Positions 1 to 12,049 of a DNA stretch of 64,000 bases are shown in pieces. The notes beneath the pieces are model-generated. The model did not search any database and was not told the origin of the DNA. It was given only the letters and a program-made list of their open reading frames with translations. Position numbers and translations under genes: made by a program. Origin of the DNA: Mobula hypostoma (Eukaryota); the NCBI RefSeq assembly GCF_963921235.1, contig NC_086097.1, forward strand, positions 53,136,001 to 53,200,000. Reading direction: 5' to 3'. The stretch's first letter is position 1. Every line of letters begins with the position of its first letter.

Positions 1-254
1 AGTCCATGGATCCCTGATTAAGAACCCCTGTTCTAAATAAAAAACATACCACAACCTTTACTTCGAAACATTTTAGAGATTAAACGTATTTATATTGTCA
101 GTGTTTCAAATTACAACACTGTTACAAATTGTAACAATAAACACAGAACGGAAGTCGGTCGGGCTTGGCAATACCACTTATTGGAGTGACAAAGAGAAAG
201 GTCTATTTGTATCCATAGGATCTGATGTCAATATTGCCCCTATTATTGGATTCA

Positions 255-1366
255 TTCAAGTCAAGTCAAGTTTATTGTCATTTCGACCATCAGCTGCTGG
301 TACAGTACACAGTAAAAATGAAACAACGTTCCTCCAGGACCATGGTACTACATGAAACAACACAAAACTACACTAGACTATGTGAGACAGCACAAGGCTA
401 CACTAGACCATGTAAAACAACATAAAAACTGCACTAGACTACAGACCTGCACAGGACTACATAAAGTGCACAAACAGTGAAGGGCAGTACAATAATTAAT
501 AAACAAGACAATAGGCACAGTAGAGGACAAATTACAATATAATAATAAATTATGTAGATGTCAGTCTAGACTCTGAGTATTGAGGAGTCTGATGGCTTGG
601 GGGAAGAAACTGTTGCACAGTCTGGTCGTGAGAGCCCGAATGCTTCAGTACCTTTTGCCAGATGGCAGGAGGGAGAAGAGTTTGTGTGAGGGGTGCGTGG
701 AGTCCTTCATAATACTGTTAACTTTGCGGGTGCTGTGTGTGGTGTAGATGTCTGTAATAGCGGGAAGAGAGACCCCAATGATCTTCTCAGCTGACCTCAC
801 TATTCGCTGAAGGGTCTTGCGATCCGAGACAGTACAATTCCCGAACCAGGCAGTGATGCAGCTGCTCAGGATGCTCTCAATACATCCTCTGTAGAATGTG
901 GTGAGGTTGGGGGTTGGGAGATGGACTTTTCTCAGCCTTCGCAGAAAGTAGAGATGCTTCTGGGCTTTCTTGGCTATGGAGCTGGTGTTGAGGGACCAGG
1001 TGAGATTCTCTGCCAGGTGAACACCAAGAAATTTGGTGCTCTTAACGATTTTAACGGAGGATCCGTCAATGTTCAGCGGAGAGTGGTCGCTCCGTGCTCT
1101 CCTGAAGTCAACAACCATCTCTTTTGTTTTGGTCACATTCAGAGACAGGTTGTGGACTCTGCATCAGTCTGTTAGCCGCTGCACCTCCTCTCTGTATGCT
1201 GACTCGTCGTTCTTGCTGATGAGACCCACCACGGTCGTGTCATCGCGAACTTGATGATGTGATTCGAGCTGTGTATTGCTGCACAATCGTGGGTCAGCAG
1301 AGTGAACAGCAGTGGACTGAACATACAGCCCTGGGGGGCCCCCATGCTCAGTGTGATGGTGTTGGA
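255..1366 (-). mobile_element. REX1/Babar-clade LINE, 5'-truncated
   Basis: RT C-terminus (DDTTVVGLISKNDESAYREEV; TKTKEMVVDFRR...KFLGV...[13 protein letters not shown]), a (TTGAC)n tail near 257-271, and gattca on both flanks (249-254, 1367-1372). Confidence 0.9.
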
Positions 1367-1869
1367 GATTCAATGTGTGTACAATAAAGTTAAGATTGGT
1401 TCAATTAATACTTTCACTGATATGTTGAACTCTGTGCTTAGAAATGAAGAATTTGATAAACTGTCAATTCTTGTTGACATCATTGGAACATTTCAAGCTT
1501 CTAGTGCTGACTGAAAATGTAGATTCTGTCTTATGAATTCAATCAAATGTAAATCCAGGAGCAGAGTCGAAGTAGAACCTTTCGATGATCCAAGGAGGAT
1601 TAAGACGTATCTTTCATTTGGATGTAAAATTAATCAGGACAGTGTTTAAATGGATTTATGATAAAGACAGATGAGGGAAAACTTGCGAAACATGAAAGAT
1701 TTTCTTTGTTGTGCTGTATTTCTTTATACCCTTCAATTAATAAATAAGATCAAAAGTGTGTGATCTTTCAATTTTCATTCTAATTATTCATAGTATGCAT
1801 ATTCCCCAAAAAATATATTAAAGTGCCGCATAGTTTTCAGGCTGTGTAAAAATTTCCGGCTTGGGGCAA

Positions 1870-3070
1870 TGGTTAGTCCACGCAGCTGTGGAAAAAATTA
1901 GAGGGAATGTTGGGGGAGGCCTCGCTTGCCTCAATGTGTTCAGGAAGTGGAGATGCTGCTGTGCTTTCTTGACTTAGGAGGTGGGGCTGAAGGATCAAGT
2001 GATGTCGTACGTTATGTGCACTCCCAGAAACTTGGCGGTGCTCTCCACGAAGGAGCTGTTTATGGAGGAGAGAAATCATCTCTTTAGTCTTATCCGCATT
2101 GATACTCAAGTTGTGTTTGCACAATTCTGCAAGCCACTCTACTTCCTCTCTGCTCACCATCTCACTGTCTTTGTTGATGAGGGCAACCACTGTTGTGCAA
2201 TCAGCAACTCGATGATCCGGTTTGAGTTGAATCTATCAGTACAGTCGTGTACCTGCTGCACGAGCAGCAGCGGGCTGAGCATGCAGCCCTGAGGCTAGTG
2301 CTTCGTGTGATGGAATTGGAGATGTTGTTGCCAACAGGGACTGACTGGTCTTTCTGTCAAGAAGTCGAAGATCCAGTTGCAGAGAGAGGTGTTAACACCC
2401 AACAGGGACTGATTGTCTATCAGGTTCTGAGGTATGATTGTATTAAGTGCCGAGCCGAAGTCAATAAACAGCATCCTGGCATGGGAGGCAGTATTTTCCA
2501 GGTGGTACAGGTCAAAGGGGAGGGCAGATGTTATGGTGTCATCAGTGGAGCAATCTGAGTGAAAAGCAAACTGATATGGGTTCAATGTAGCAGGATGGTG
2601 GGACTTAATGTGATCCATAACCAGCCTCACAAAGCACTTAATTTTTGTTGATGTCAGTGCCACTGGATGGTAGTTATTAAGGCAGGTTCCTGTTGCCTCG
2701 AGGTCACTGGGATGATGGTAGTTGCCTTGAAAGTGGCAGAGGCAGTGGACTGTTCCAGAGGGTTGTTGAAGGAATCTGTTCGAACCTGTGTTAATTTGGG
2801 TTGCACATTCACTCGGCACCTGAGCTGGTATGTTATCAGGCCCTACATATTTACATGGGGTAACACTTTATTTACGTACAATCAGTCAAGGTATGTAATA
2901 GTGTGTTTTATAGGATTGCTTTTATATTTATGTTTACTGTGTTTTTATTGTGTTCTTTATGCTTATTGTGTTTTATAAACCTGCATTGGATCTGGAGAAA
3001 CAATCATAATTTTTTCCTTTACATTCGTGTACTGAAGAATGATTAAAATAAACCAATTTTGAATCTTGAA
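1870..3070 (-). mobile_element. Older degenerate REX1-like LINE plus an oppositely oriented 3' tail
   Basis: ORF 2295-2819 (NPYQFAF...RMLFIDFGSALNTIIP...CNWIFDFLT). A plus-strand tail ending ttgaatcttgaa lies at ~2860-3070. Confidence 0.8.
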
Positions 3071-3399
3071 TAAATCGTACAAATCAAGGAATAATGAGGT
3101 TGAGTAGCCGTTTGAGGAAAATTCTGGCTTTAACTTCTTGGTCATGCATTTTGGTGCTTAACCCAAAGAGACTTATTGACTTAATGCATACTTGGCAAAG
3201 GGAATACAGTTTTACTGTGATGATTTGATAATGTAGCTGATATATTCATTTTTTTTTAGTATTCAGCAAGGATCTCTTTACAAATTTCCAATTTCTCTTC
3301 AGGTCAGTGTAAACAGACTGTTTCCAGCAATCAGATCTTTTCATCATTTCTAATAATATGCAATATGCATTTCTTGAACTATGCAAGCTGTTTCAAATA

Positions 3400-3890
3400 T
3401 ATAGGACATAGAACAATACAGTTTCAGCCCACAATGCTTTGCTGAACCAATTAAACTAGTAATCAAGTAGTTATCTGAACTAATCTCTTCTGCCCACACA
3501 ACATCCATATCCTTCCTCCTTCTTCACATTCATGTGCAGATCTAAACGTCTCCTAAAAGTCTGTCATATTTCTGCCTCTATGTGCATTCCAGGCACCCAC
3601 TACACTCTGTATAAAAAAAACTCCTTTGAACTTGCCCCCTCTCAACTTAAATACATGTCCTTTGATAATTAGACATTTAAAGCCCTTGAAAAATATACCT
3701 ACTCTCTCTATGCCTCTCATAATCTTATAAACTTCTGTCAGATCTCCCTTCAGCCTCCAATGCTCCAGAGAAAATTTGTCCAAGTTTGTTCAGCCTCTCA
3801 TTATAGCATATGCCCTCTCATCCAGGCAACATCCTGGTAAACCCCTTCTGTACCCTGTTCAAGGTCTTGACATCCTTCCTGTAATGGGGA
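3400..3890 (-). mobile_element. CR1/HER1-like LINE 3' fragment
   Basis: FSLEHWRLKGDLTEVYKIMRG...VVGAWN; tail tgttctatgtcctat. Confidence 0.8.
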
Positions 3891-4079
3891 AACCTATTAT
3901 ATCTGATAATACCTTTCAGCAACTCTCATTCAGCTTTTATCATGAATTATTAACTACTTGCACTCATCAATACAATAAAGACTTCCTACTTTAACATACT
4001 GCAAAGAAAGTTGGCTAAAATACTTGCCTTTGAAAACTCCACTACTACAACTGCAAGCTTTAAAAAAAGGAAGAATAAC

Positions 4080-4545
4080 TTACACACAAGAGATTCTGCA
4101 GATGCTGTAAATCCAGAGGAACACGCACATAATGGCAGCATCTATGGAGGGGAATAAGCAGTCAATGTTTGAGGACGAAACCCTTCATCAGCATTGGAAA
4201 GGAAGGGGGAAGAAGCCAGAATAAGAGGGTGGGGAGAGGGGAAGGAGTACCAGCTGGAAAATGATAGGCAAAGCTGGGTGAAGGGGAATGTAGGTGGGTA
4301 GGGGAGGGGATAAGAACTGAGAAACTGGGAGGTGATTGGTGGAAAAGATAAAGAGCTGGAGAAGAAGGAATCCGATGGGAGAGGAAAGTGGACGATGCGG
4401 GATGGGAAGGGGAGGGGCACGGGAGGAAAGTGATAGGCATGTGATGAGAAGAGAAGGGGTAAGGGGGAGTCGGAGTGGGGAATGGAAAAAGAGGGAATGG
4501 GGAAGGGGTAGGAATTACTGGAAACTAGAGAAATCAATGCACATG
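4080..4545 (-). mobile_element. Penelope-like element 3' terminus (old) with degenerate hammerhead
   Basis: Same terminus as the RT/GIY-YIG-bearing copies; CTGATGA present, GAAA mutated (~4160-4195). Confidence 0.75.
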
Positions 4546-5429
4546 CTGTCAATAACTTTTGTTATTTTTGTTACATTATTAGTTTGGAAGAGCCAATTTC
4601 TTCCCTTTTTTTTGAATTGAATGACCTTGTTATTTAACTTAATAGAGAGGGGAGTGAGAGAGGCAGCTGGTGCACGTCCAATACATTGGAATGTGTACTG
4701 GTGGAGGAAAGAAAAGCATGAATAAGAATGAGCTAAAGCAAGTCAACGTACAGATGAGGAATAGTCTGTGTACTGTCTGAAATAACATGAGGTCCAAAAC
4801 CTAACCTTTGCTCAAATACAGCACCAACACTGTGAACAGACTGGTTCTAAATTCTGCTTCCTGTAGCTGCCAAGAGTTGGCAAACAGGTGCACGGCACTG
4901 GTTTCTGTTCTACCAGTATTGAGGCAGGGGGCGAGTCTGTCCGTCCAATTCAGTGACAGCAGAGGAAGAAAGTACTGCCTTTGCATAGCCACTTCCAGAA
5001 TGTCAGCAATCTGAAAAGAAATTTGCTTCAAAGTGAGTACATTCTAAGGTGCAAGTACTGTTATAACTCAAGAAAAAATATTCATGTAATTATGGGCAGT
5101 CAAGGGTCCTGGTGATGATTGCTTTATAAGACAAAGGAAGTCCGCCATCAAGATTTGCAGTTTTTGAGACAAGGGAGACATTTGAAATTCCACAGCTTCT
5201 GAAGCAAACCTATTGTCAGCTATAAGGAGAACCAGGGTGCAGAGTTCGTCAGTTTCTCTAATCATTCAATGACATTGCTGACACAAAGTTATCATTTCTT
5301 CTCTCAACCCAAAGCAGTCTTGACCTGAGTGACTTGCTAAGAAATTTTAGAGAGCAGTGAACTTCACTGCTATTGCTTTGGATCCAATGGACCCATCGCT
5401 CGAGGGCAATCAAGACATTAATACCGTGG

Positions 5430-5845
5430 TGTCACCTGTTACTGCTACCCAGGGGAGGAGGCACTGGAAGGGGTGTGAGAGGTTAAAAGGTTAACCGTTG
5501 CAGCCCAGCCCTCTCGCCAATGTTCGCTCTCTGGAAAACAAACAGGATTACTTTCATCTGCAACTGACCCAGTGCAAGATGAGGAATTGTTGCGTGCTGG
5601 TTCTTACAGAAACATGGCTCCAGGACAATATCCCATGCAGCATCAATCACCAGGCCGTGCCTCTCAGGGACTTGTGTTAATATTATTTTGAGACTGTATT
5701 GTGCTGTATCTAACTACGTCTATGTTCTGTATCGTTCCCATATGTGCTGTGTTGTCTACCTGGGCCCCAGAGGAGTGATGTTTCATTTACTGTAGCTGTA
5801 TGCATGAGCACAGTCGAATGACAACAAACTTGAACTTGAACCTGA
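5430..5845 (+). mobile_element. Internally deleted REX1-like element (endonuclease N-terminus joined to 3' tail)
   Basis: ANVRSLENK...CCVLVLTETWL followed within ~200 bp by a (TTGAAC)n tail. Confidence 0.65.
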
Positions 5846-5899
5846 AGCAATTAACTCAGGGGACAGGCTTTCAGCAGATTGAGAACATCAGGATGAGTC

Positions 5900-6550
5900 A
5901 GTAATAAGGAAGGCAAATGCAATGTTAGCATTCATTTCAGGAGGACTAGAATATAAAAGCAAAGATGTAATGCTGAGGCTTTATAAGGTTCCGGTCAGAA
6001 CTACATCTGGAGTATTGTGTGCAGTTTTGGGTCCCGTATCTAGGAAAGGATGTGCTGGCATTGGAGAGGGTCTAGAGGAGGTTTATGGGAATGATTCCGG
6101 GAATGAAAGAGTTATCGTATGAGGAGTGTTTGATGATGTTAGGTCTGTATTTGCTGGAGTTTAGAAGATGAGATATCATTGAAGCCAACCAAATATTGAA
6201 AGGTCTAGAGTGGATGTGGAGGGGTTGTTTCACGGTGGGAGAGTAGAGGTTCAAAGGGCACAGGCTCAGTGTAGAAGGACAGCCCTTTAGATCAGGGATA
6301 GGAAAGTCAGAGAGATAGGAATGTGTTTGGCCAGAGGGTGGTAAATCTGTGGGATTCGTTGCTGTGGAAGCCGAGTCATTGGGTGTATTTAAAGTGGAAG
6401 GAGATAAGTTCTTGATTAGCAAGGGTATCAAAAGCTCTGGTGAGAAGGCAGGAGAAAAGGGTTGAGAGGGTAATTAAATCAGCCATGATCAAATAGTGGA
6501 GAAGACTCAGTGAGTTGAATAGGCTAATTCTGCTCCTATGTGTTATAGCT
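5900..6550 (+). mobile_element. CR1/HER1-like LINE 3' fragment
   Basis: KANAMLAFISGGLEYKSKDVMLRLYK; CR1-type 3' end ...ttctgctcctatgtg. Confidence 0.8.
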
Positions 6551-8315
6551 TTACCCTCTGGAGGCCGAGCCTCAAGAAGTGGCTTCCTTCATGAAAGACC
6601 CTCCCTATTTGGGACATGCCCTCTTCTCGTCCCGGACTGTGAGGATCCATCAGGATGGATGCCGCCTTCTTCAGGCACTACCTCCTGAAGGTAAAACCAT
6701 AAAACAGGAGCAGAATTAGGCTATTCAACCCATTGAGTCTGCTCCTTTGATCATGACTGATTTATTTTCCCTCTCATCCTCAGGGAGGAGGTGCAGGAGC
6801 TTGAAGACACAGACTCAATGCTTCAGAAACAGCTTCTTCCCCTCCGCCATCAGATTTTTGACCAGTTCATGAACACTACATCATTATTCTATTTTTGTAC
6901 AATGTATTTATTTATTTTGTAATTAATAGTATTTTGTCTTCCACTGTACTGATAGAAGGTGATAAATTTCACATCATACAAGATGGTGATAATAAACCTG
7001 ATTCTGATTCTCACCCCAAGGGCAAGAATTATACCATAAGTAGAACAGATTTCATATTTACCTGCTCTTTCTCCAGAAACTCTTGATTCCTTTACCAGTT
7101 AGAAGTCCAATGTATACCCAAGGAGCTACGAAGACTCTAAACTCTCGGAGGAGAAATACTCATCTCAGTCTCATCATACATGTGTTCACCCCATAATGTT
7201 GTGGATAAACAGTACAATATTCCAAGAGCTGACTAATGTGAGACCTTTAAGAGTGTCCGTATTCCTTCACTAAACCCTTGCTGCTGGTACTTTGGGAAGT
7301 AAATGAGGACAATATTTAATCTATCCCAATTAGCTGATTCTTTCAAAAAAGGCAAGTCTACATGCATCATAAACAGTGCAGTTGTAGTTGACTGTCCCAC
7401 AGTCAGAGAATCGTGCACTGATACATCTCATTGCAAACAACAACATTTGTCTGGTGGAAGACATAGAAAATAATTACTTTTTTGGGAGCGATTATTACCC
7501 CTCAACCATCAGGCTCTTGAACCAAAGGGGTAACTTCACTCACTTCACTTGCCCCATCACAGGAATGTTCCCACAACAGATGGAGTTACTTTCAAGGACT
7601 CTTCATCTCATGTTCCTGATATTTATTGCTTATTTACTGATTACTTCTTCTTTTTGTATTTGCACAGTTTGTTGTTGTCTGCACTCTGGTCGAACACTTT
7701 AGTTGGGCAGTCTTTCATTGACTCTGTTATGGTTATTATTCTATAGATTTATTGAGAATGCCCACAAGAAAATGAATCCCAGGGTTGTGTATGGTGGCAT
7801 ACAGTCTATGTACTTTGATAATAAATTTACTTTGAACTTTTGATTCCATAATTTGTAACTGCTTCTCACATTTGAAATTGGACTATTTTAAGAATTGGAG
7901 TAGGAAAGAACCTGTGATCTATTCACTATGTCTAGCATGAGTTACTGTTATTTTTCCCAAAGCATACATAAACTGGAGTGATTAAAGTTTATAGAATTAT
8001 GTTAGAAATATTTTCAAGACTAAGTATTATCTTCAATGAGTCATCTCATGACATTTAAACTACCAACCATCATCAGTTACTTATTAAGGAACCACAGGTA
8101 GTCTTTGGCATTATGGGCCCTCACAGTGGCCAAGCATTTCTTGTACATTGATCTGCAAAAACCATACTGAGAAGGATTTGTCTCTTTGCTTAGTTGGTGG
8201 GTAAAGCTGTGATTCACGCTACAAAGAACACTTACTTTAGGCTTGATTAAAAACAATGAAATTTAGAGATATTCCTTTGTCAACTAATACGAGAACAGTA
8301 AGAACATCGGGTTTT

Positions 8316-9662
8316 TGTCACACTGGCGGGGCATTGGGAGCAAAGGTGGACCCAAATGCAGGACACATCTTGTGAGGTTACTTAGATTTAGTTTATTGTT
8401 TGATACCAGGAGAGCAAGGCAGGAGCAGGAGATAGCAAACTGTACAAGGACTCAGGACTGAGACTAGGCTGGGACAAGGGTCTGGGCTTGGACTCGGAAT
8501 CGGCTCCCAGAGCTAGAGGAGACATGAAGAGGCTAGGGTATGCACTCTGAGCCAGAGACTGGGCAAGGAACCAGTACCTGGTCTTGCCTCGGGCTCGGAC
8601 CCCAGAACCAGGCAAGGACATGACATGGGCTAGGGAGAGGAGGAACATGGGAACACAGAGCCTCGGTCTCGGGGAACAGGTACTTGGAACCATGGACACG
8701 TACACAGAACAGAGAGCTGGGACCCCTCCTTGGGTACAGGACATAGTGCCGGGACTCATGACCCTCCGCGGGGCAACGGCAAGACGGCCTGACCTAGTCC
8801 ACGGAGGCGAGGACAAGACACGACAAGACATGACTCCCCGCGGGGCAACGGCAAGACGGCCAGGCTTACCCCCACGGAGGCGAGGACAAGACAAGACAAG
8901 ACCAACACGAATGAACACCAGACAGTACCTATATAGCTCCGGTGATGGAACTAGACCGAAGTGCAGGCGGGGGCTGCAGACGAGGGCTAGAGGTGAGAGG
9001 GGCAGAGAAGGGATTCAGACAAGGGGGTAGGACAGGAATCACAGACCGCCAGGGCCAGGACTTGACTCAGAACTGGGAAGCCGCCAGTGCCAGGACCTGA
9101 CATGGTACTTGAACGCCGCCAGGGCCAGGACTTGACTCAGAACTGGTAAGCCACCAGGGACAGGACTTGACTTGGAGCTTCAACGTCGCCAGGGCCAGGA
9201 CTTGACTTGGTGCTTGAATGCCGCCAGGGCCAGGACTTGACTTGGAGCCTCCGGGTAGTGGCGAGCTCTCGACTCAGCCCGGGAACAGTAGATAGAGGTT
9301 TTTGATTCTCTCCGGCGGGTTAACTGACGGACCCACCTCGGTGAGGAAACTTTGCAGGCTTGCTTTGGTGAGGTAACTGGACAGGGTTGCTCCGGTGAGG
9401 AGAGGCGAATTACCGGCACTCGCTTCGGCAGAGACTAGGCTTGCTCCGGCCAGATGACATCGGCACACCGTACCTTAGATGACTTTGCAGATGCTCCCGC
9501 ACCGAATGGCTGAAAGCCAGAGACTATAAACTATCGGTTCAGCCGAGCGTTAATTGCCTCTAATCACCAAAGTCGAGGGACGCGGGGAAAAAAGGGAATC
9601 AACGGTCCGGATCATAACATAAACAAGCTAAATTTAAAGGGACCCCAATCCCGACCATGACA
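8316..9662 (-). mobile_element. Solo LTR (1347 bp, probably Ty3/Gypsy-type)
   Basis: TGTCA...TGACA termini; flanks gtttt/gtttc (5-bp TSD, one mismatch); AATAAA on the minus strand near 8393; internal tandem repeats; no internal coding region. Confidence 0.75.
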
Positions 9663-11669
9663 GTTTCTCGGTATCATTGTATAAGTGTGAAAGATGGGGT
9701 ATGACATAAAGCATGAGGAAGATCAGCTCAATTCTAATGTGGTGCCAGAGATGACTGTTCAAAATCCCATCGATACCATGGAGAATCACACTCTTACTCC
9801 TGGACCATGAATGCCTAGTTGTCAAATTGAAACTATGATGTTCAAGGAACAACGGTCATATTTTGGATGTGTGATGCAAACAATGGGAGATGGAGAGAAT
9901 TATACTCGCTGAAATAGAAGAAAGAAGGATAATAGTGACAAAATACACTCAAATAGATGGATAAGTGACATAAGTCTAGCTTTGTTGTAGCACTGACTCA
10001 GTGCTGCTGAAGACTGCTCAGAAATTCAAAGCTGGTAATGTTTGGGGAGAAACATGCACATGCTCTTAAATTTAAGGGGCAAGATGTGCATGCGTAGTCA
10101 TTACTCCCTTTTTATTTATAAAGTAAAATAATTATTGAGGATCTGTTCCTTTTTTTTCTTCCCCAGATAGCACCCCTGATTACACTCAATCAGGTGGGTC
10201 AATTGCAACAATAAAGTTTCCAATTTGTATTTTGGCTGCAGCTGTAGTAAATACAGTATTTAAAAATAATTAATAATAGTTTAATGAAATGTAAAGATCT
10301 TTGACAAGCTTGAATGTAATCTCCTTCCACAATCACCTGAGCTGAGGACATATTATAGTGAAGAGTTGATTGCGTATTTTAGTCTGGAGTCCCCTCTGGT
10401 CCAGGCCAGGGATGAATTTCCTTTCCTGAAAGATGTTAGTGGAGCAGATTCATAGTTACCATTGATGAAAATGGCTCATTAATTCTAAAATTATTTACTT
10501 TAAATTCCTAAACTGCATTGGTGAGTACTGAATTCTTGTCTTTGGATTAATCTTCCTGGCCTTTTGGATGCTAGTCTAGTAACGTTACCACTACCCTATC
10601 ATACATGCTCCTTCTTCTCTTTGTTGCTGATTTCCCCCCATTATTTCACCATTGCTCTCCGACTTTCATTTACTCTATCCTTATTTTTTTCCCGAGCGCA
10701 ATATTTTCTTTGGATGACCAGAAAAGCACCAGTAGATTAAACCATTAGTAAATAAACAGGTCATGGAAAGCAAAAAATGTCAATGATTGTATAATTATGA
10801 TGATTGTATCATTATGTACACAGCATTATAAAATACGATTGTGCTGTGGGATAGCTGTTTTAACATAGTTTTGAATCTATGGGGAATATGCCTTTGTGTG
10901 AGCTGAAATTGTTTAAAAAATATTCATAGATTCTCTGTATAAATAAGATAAGAATCAATCCCAATCTAGTACTGCAATGTCAAAAAATTTCAAGACCCAT
11001 CAATTGGTTAATTTTAATCAGGCTAGATTATGTTTTCCAGTCATTGTCAATGGCAGAGGTTGGCTTCTCCCATCTCTGAAATATAATGAAATAGAAATGC
11101 TAATTTATAAGATACACAAGACCAAACTGTCTCTCAGTTTGAAACATTACATCACTGTCATAGTTCATCCTTTGTACTAAATGTCTCAATCATGTTAGAG
11201 GACTCTGTAAAATAGATAATATTAGTTTTTAACAAGCCCAAACAGAGCCCAAATATGTGCTTGACTTGCAACAGGCGAGCTCAAAGACAATAGGGATTCA
11301 AAGGATCATTTGTTACTTTTAACTGAGAACTGCCTGAATAATCCCCTCAACCATCTTTTGATGCATGGCCAAAACAAGTCAATGCCCTGCATTTCCACAG
11401 CTTTCATGGACAGGAAACAATTCTAGTTTCGGTCAGTCCTTCTTAATCTGTTTCAATCAGCAATGGTTACAGATGTATGCATCTTTCTTGATCTCTGCCA
11501 AGAGGTGATTCACCAACAAACACCGTTTTAGATAAAAGCTGCATTTATTTGTAAGACGAAAGGAACAGTGCCTACAGCGTAACTTCTTACAAGATTTGCT
11601 ATCCTGTACTGTCATAGGTAGTAGTCAAGTCAATTTTGACATGAATGTTTCTCACTGTTATGATAGCTC

Positions 11670-11865
11670 ATCATTTAGTGAGAAACCGGAGGATTGGGAA
11701 GCTTTAAAAAAAGACAACAGAAGGCAACCAAAAAAAGCAATAAAGAGAGAAAAGATGAAGTATGATGCTAAGCTAGCCAATAATATAAAAGAGGATACCA
11801 AAAGTTTTTTCAGATGTAGAGAGGTGACTGTGAACATCAGACCACTGGTAAATGATGCTGGTGAA
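11670..11865 (+). mobile_element. CR1-like LINE internal fragment
   Basis: EDWEALKK...IKREKMKYDAKLANNIKEDTKSFF, homologous to the CR1 at 62975-64000. Confidence 0.7.
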
Positions 11866-12049
11866 ACACAGCAACATTTTGAAGGCAGCTTACAAAACTT
11901 CTAGATATACTTCTTCTGAATTACTCTCACTGGGATCTACAGCCTGTAATTTCCCTTTGAACAGTTTTAACAAATTAGCGATTTTGTAACCTTCTGAAGG
12001 ATTTGGCAGAAAACACTCAGGAGTGCAGGCACGGCACCTTTAAGCAGAT

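Noticed and set aside
1..32. Possible hAT-type MITE end (attaagaacccctg)
   Set aside because: Cut by the window edge; the second terminus and TSD cannot be seen.
645..1136. ORF resembling the DUF1891/'ALKBH8 N-terminal' annotation
   Set aside because: It is the C-terminus of a REX1-type RT, present in several copies in this window.
7050..7110. Donor-like CAG|gtaaat on the minus strand
   Set aside because: Lies in a degenerate CR1 3' end.
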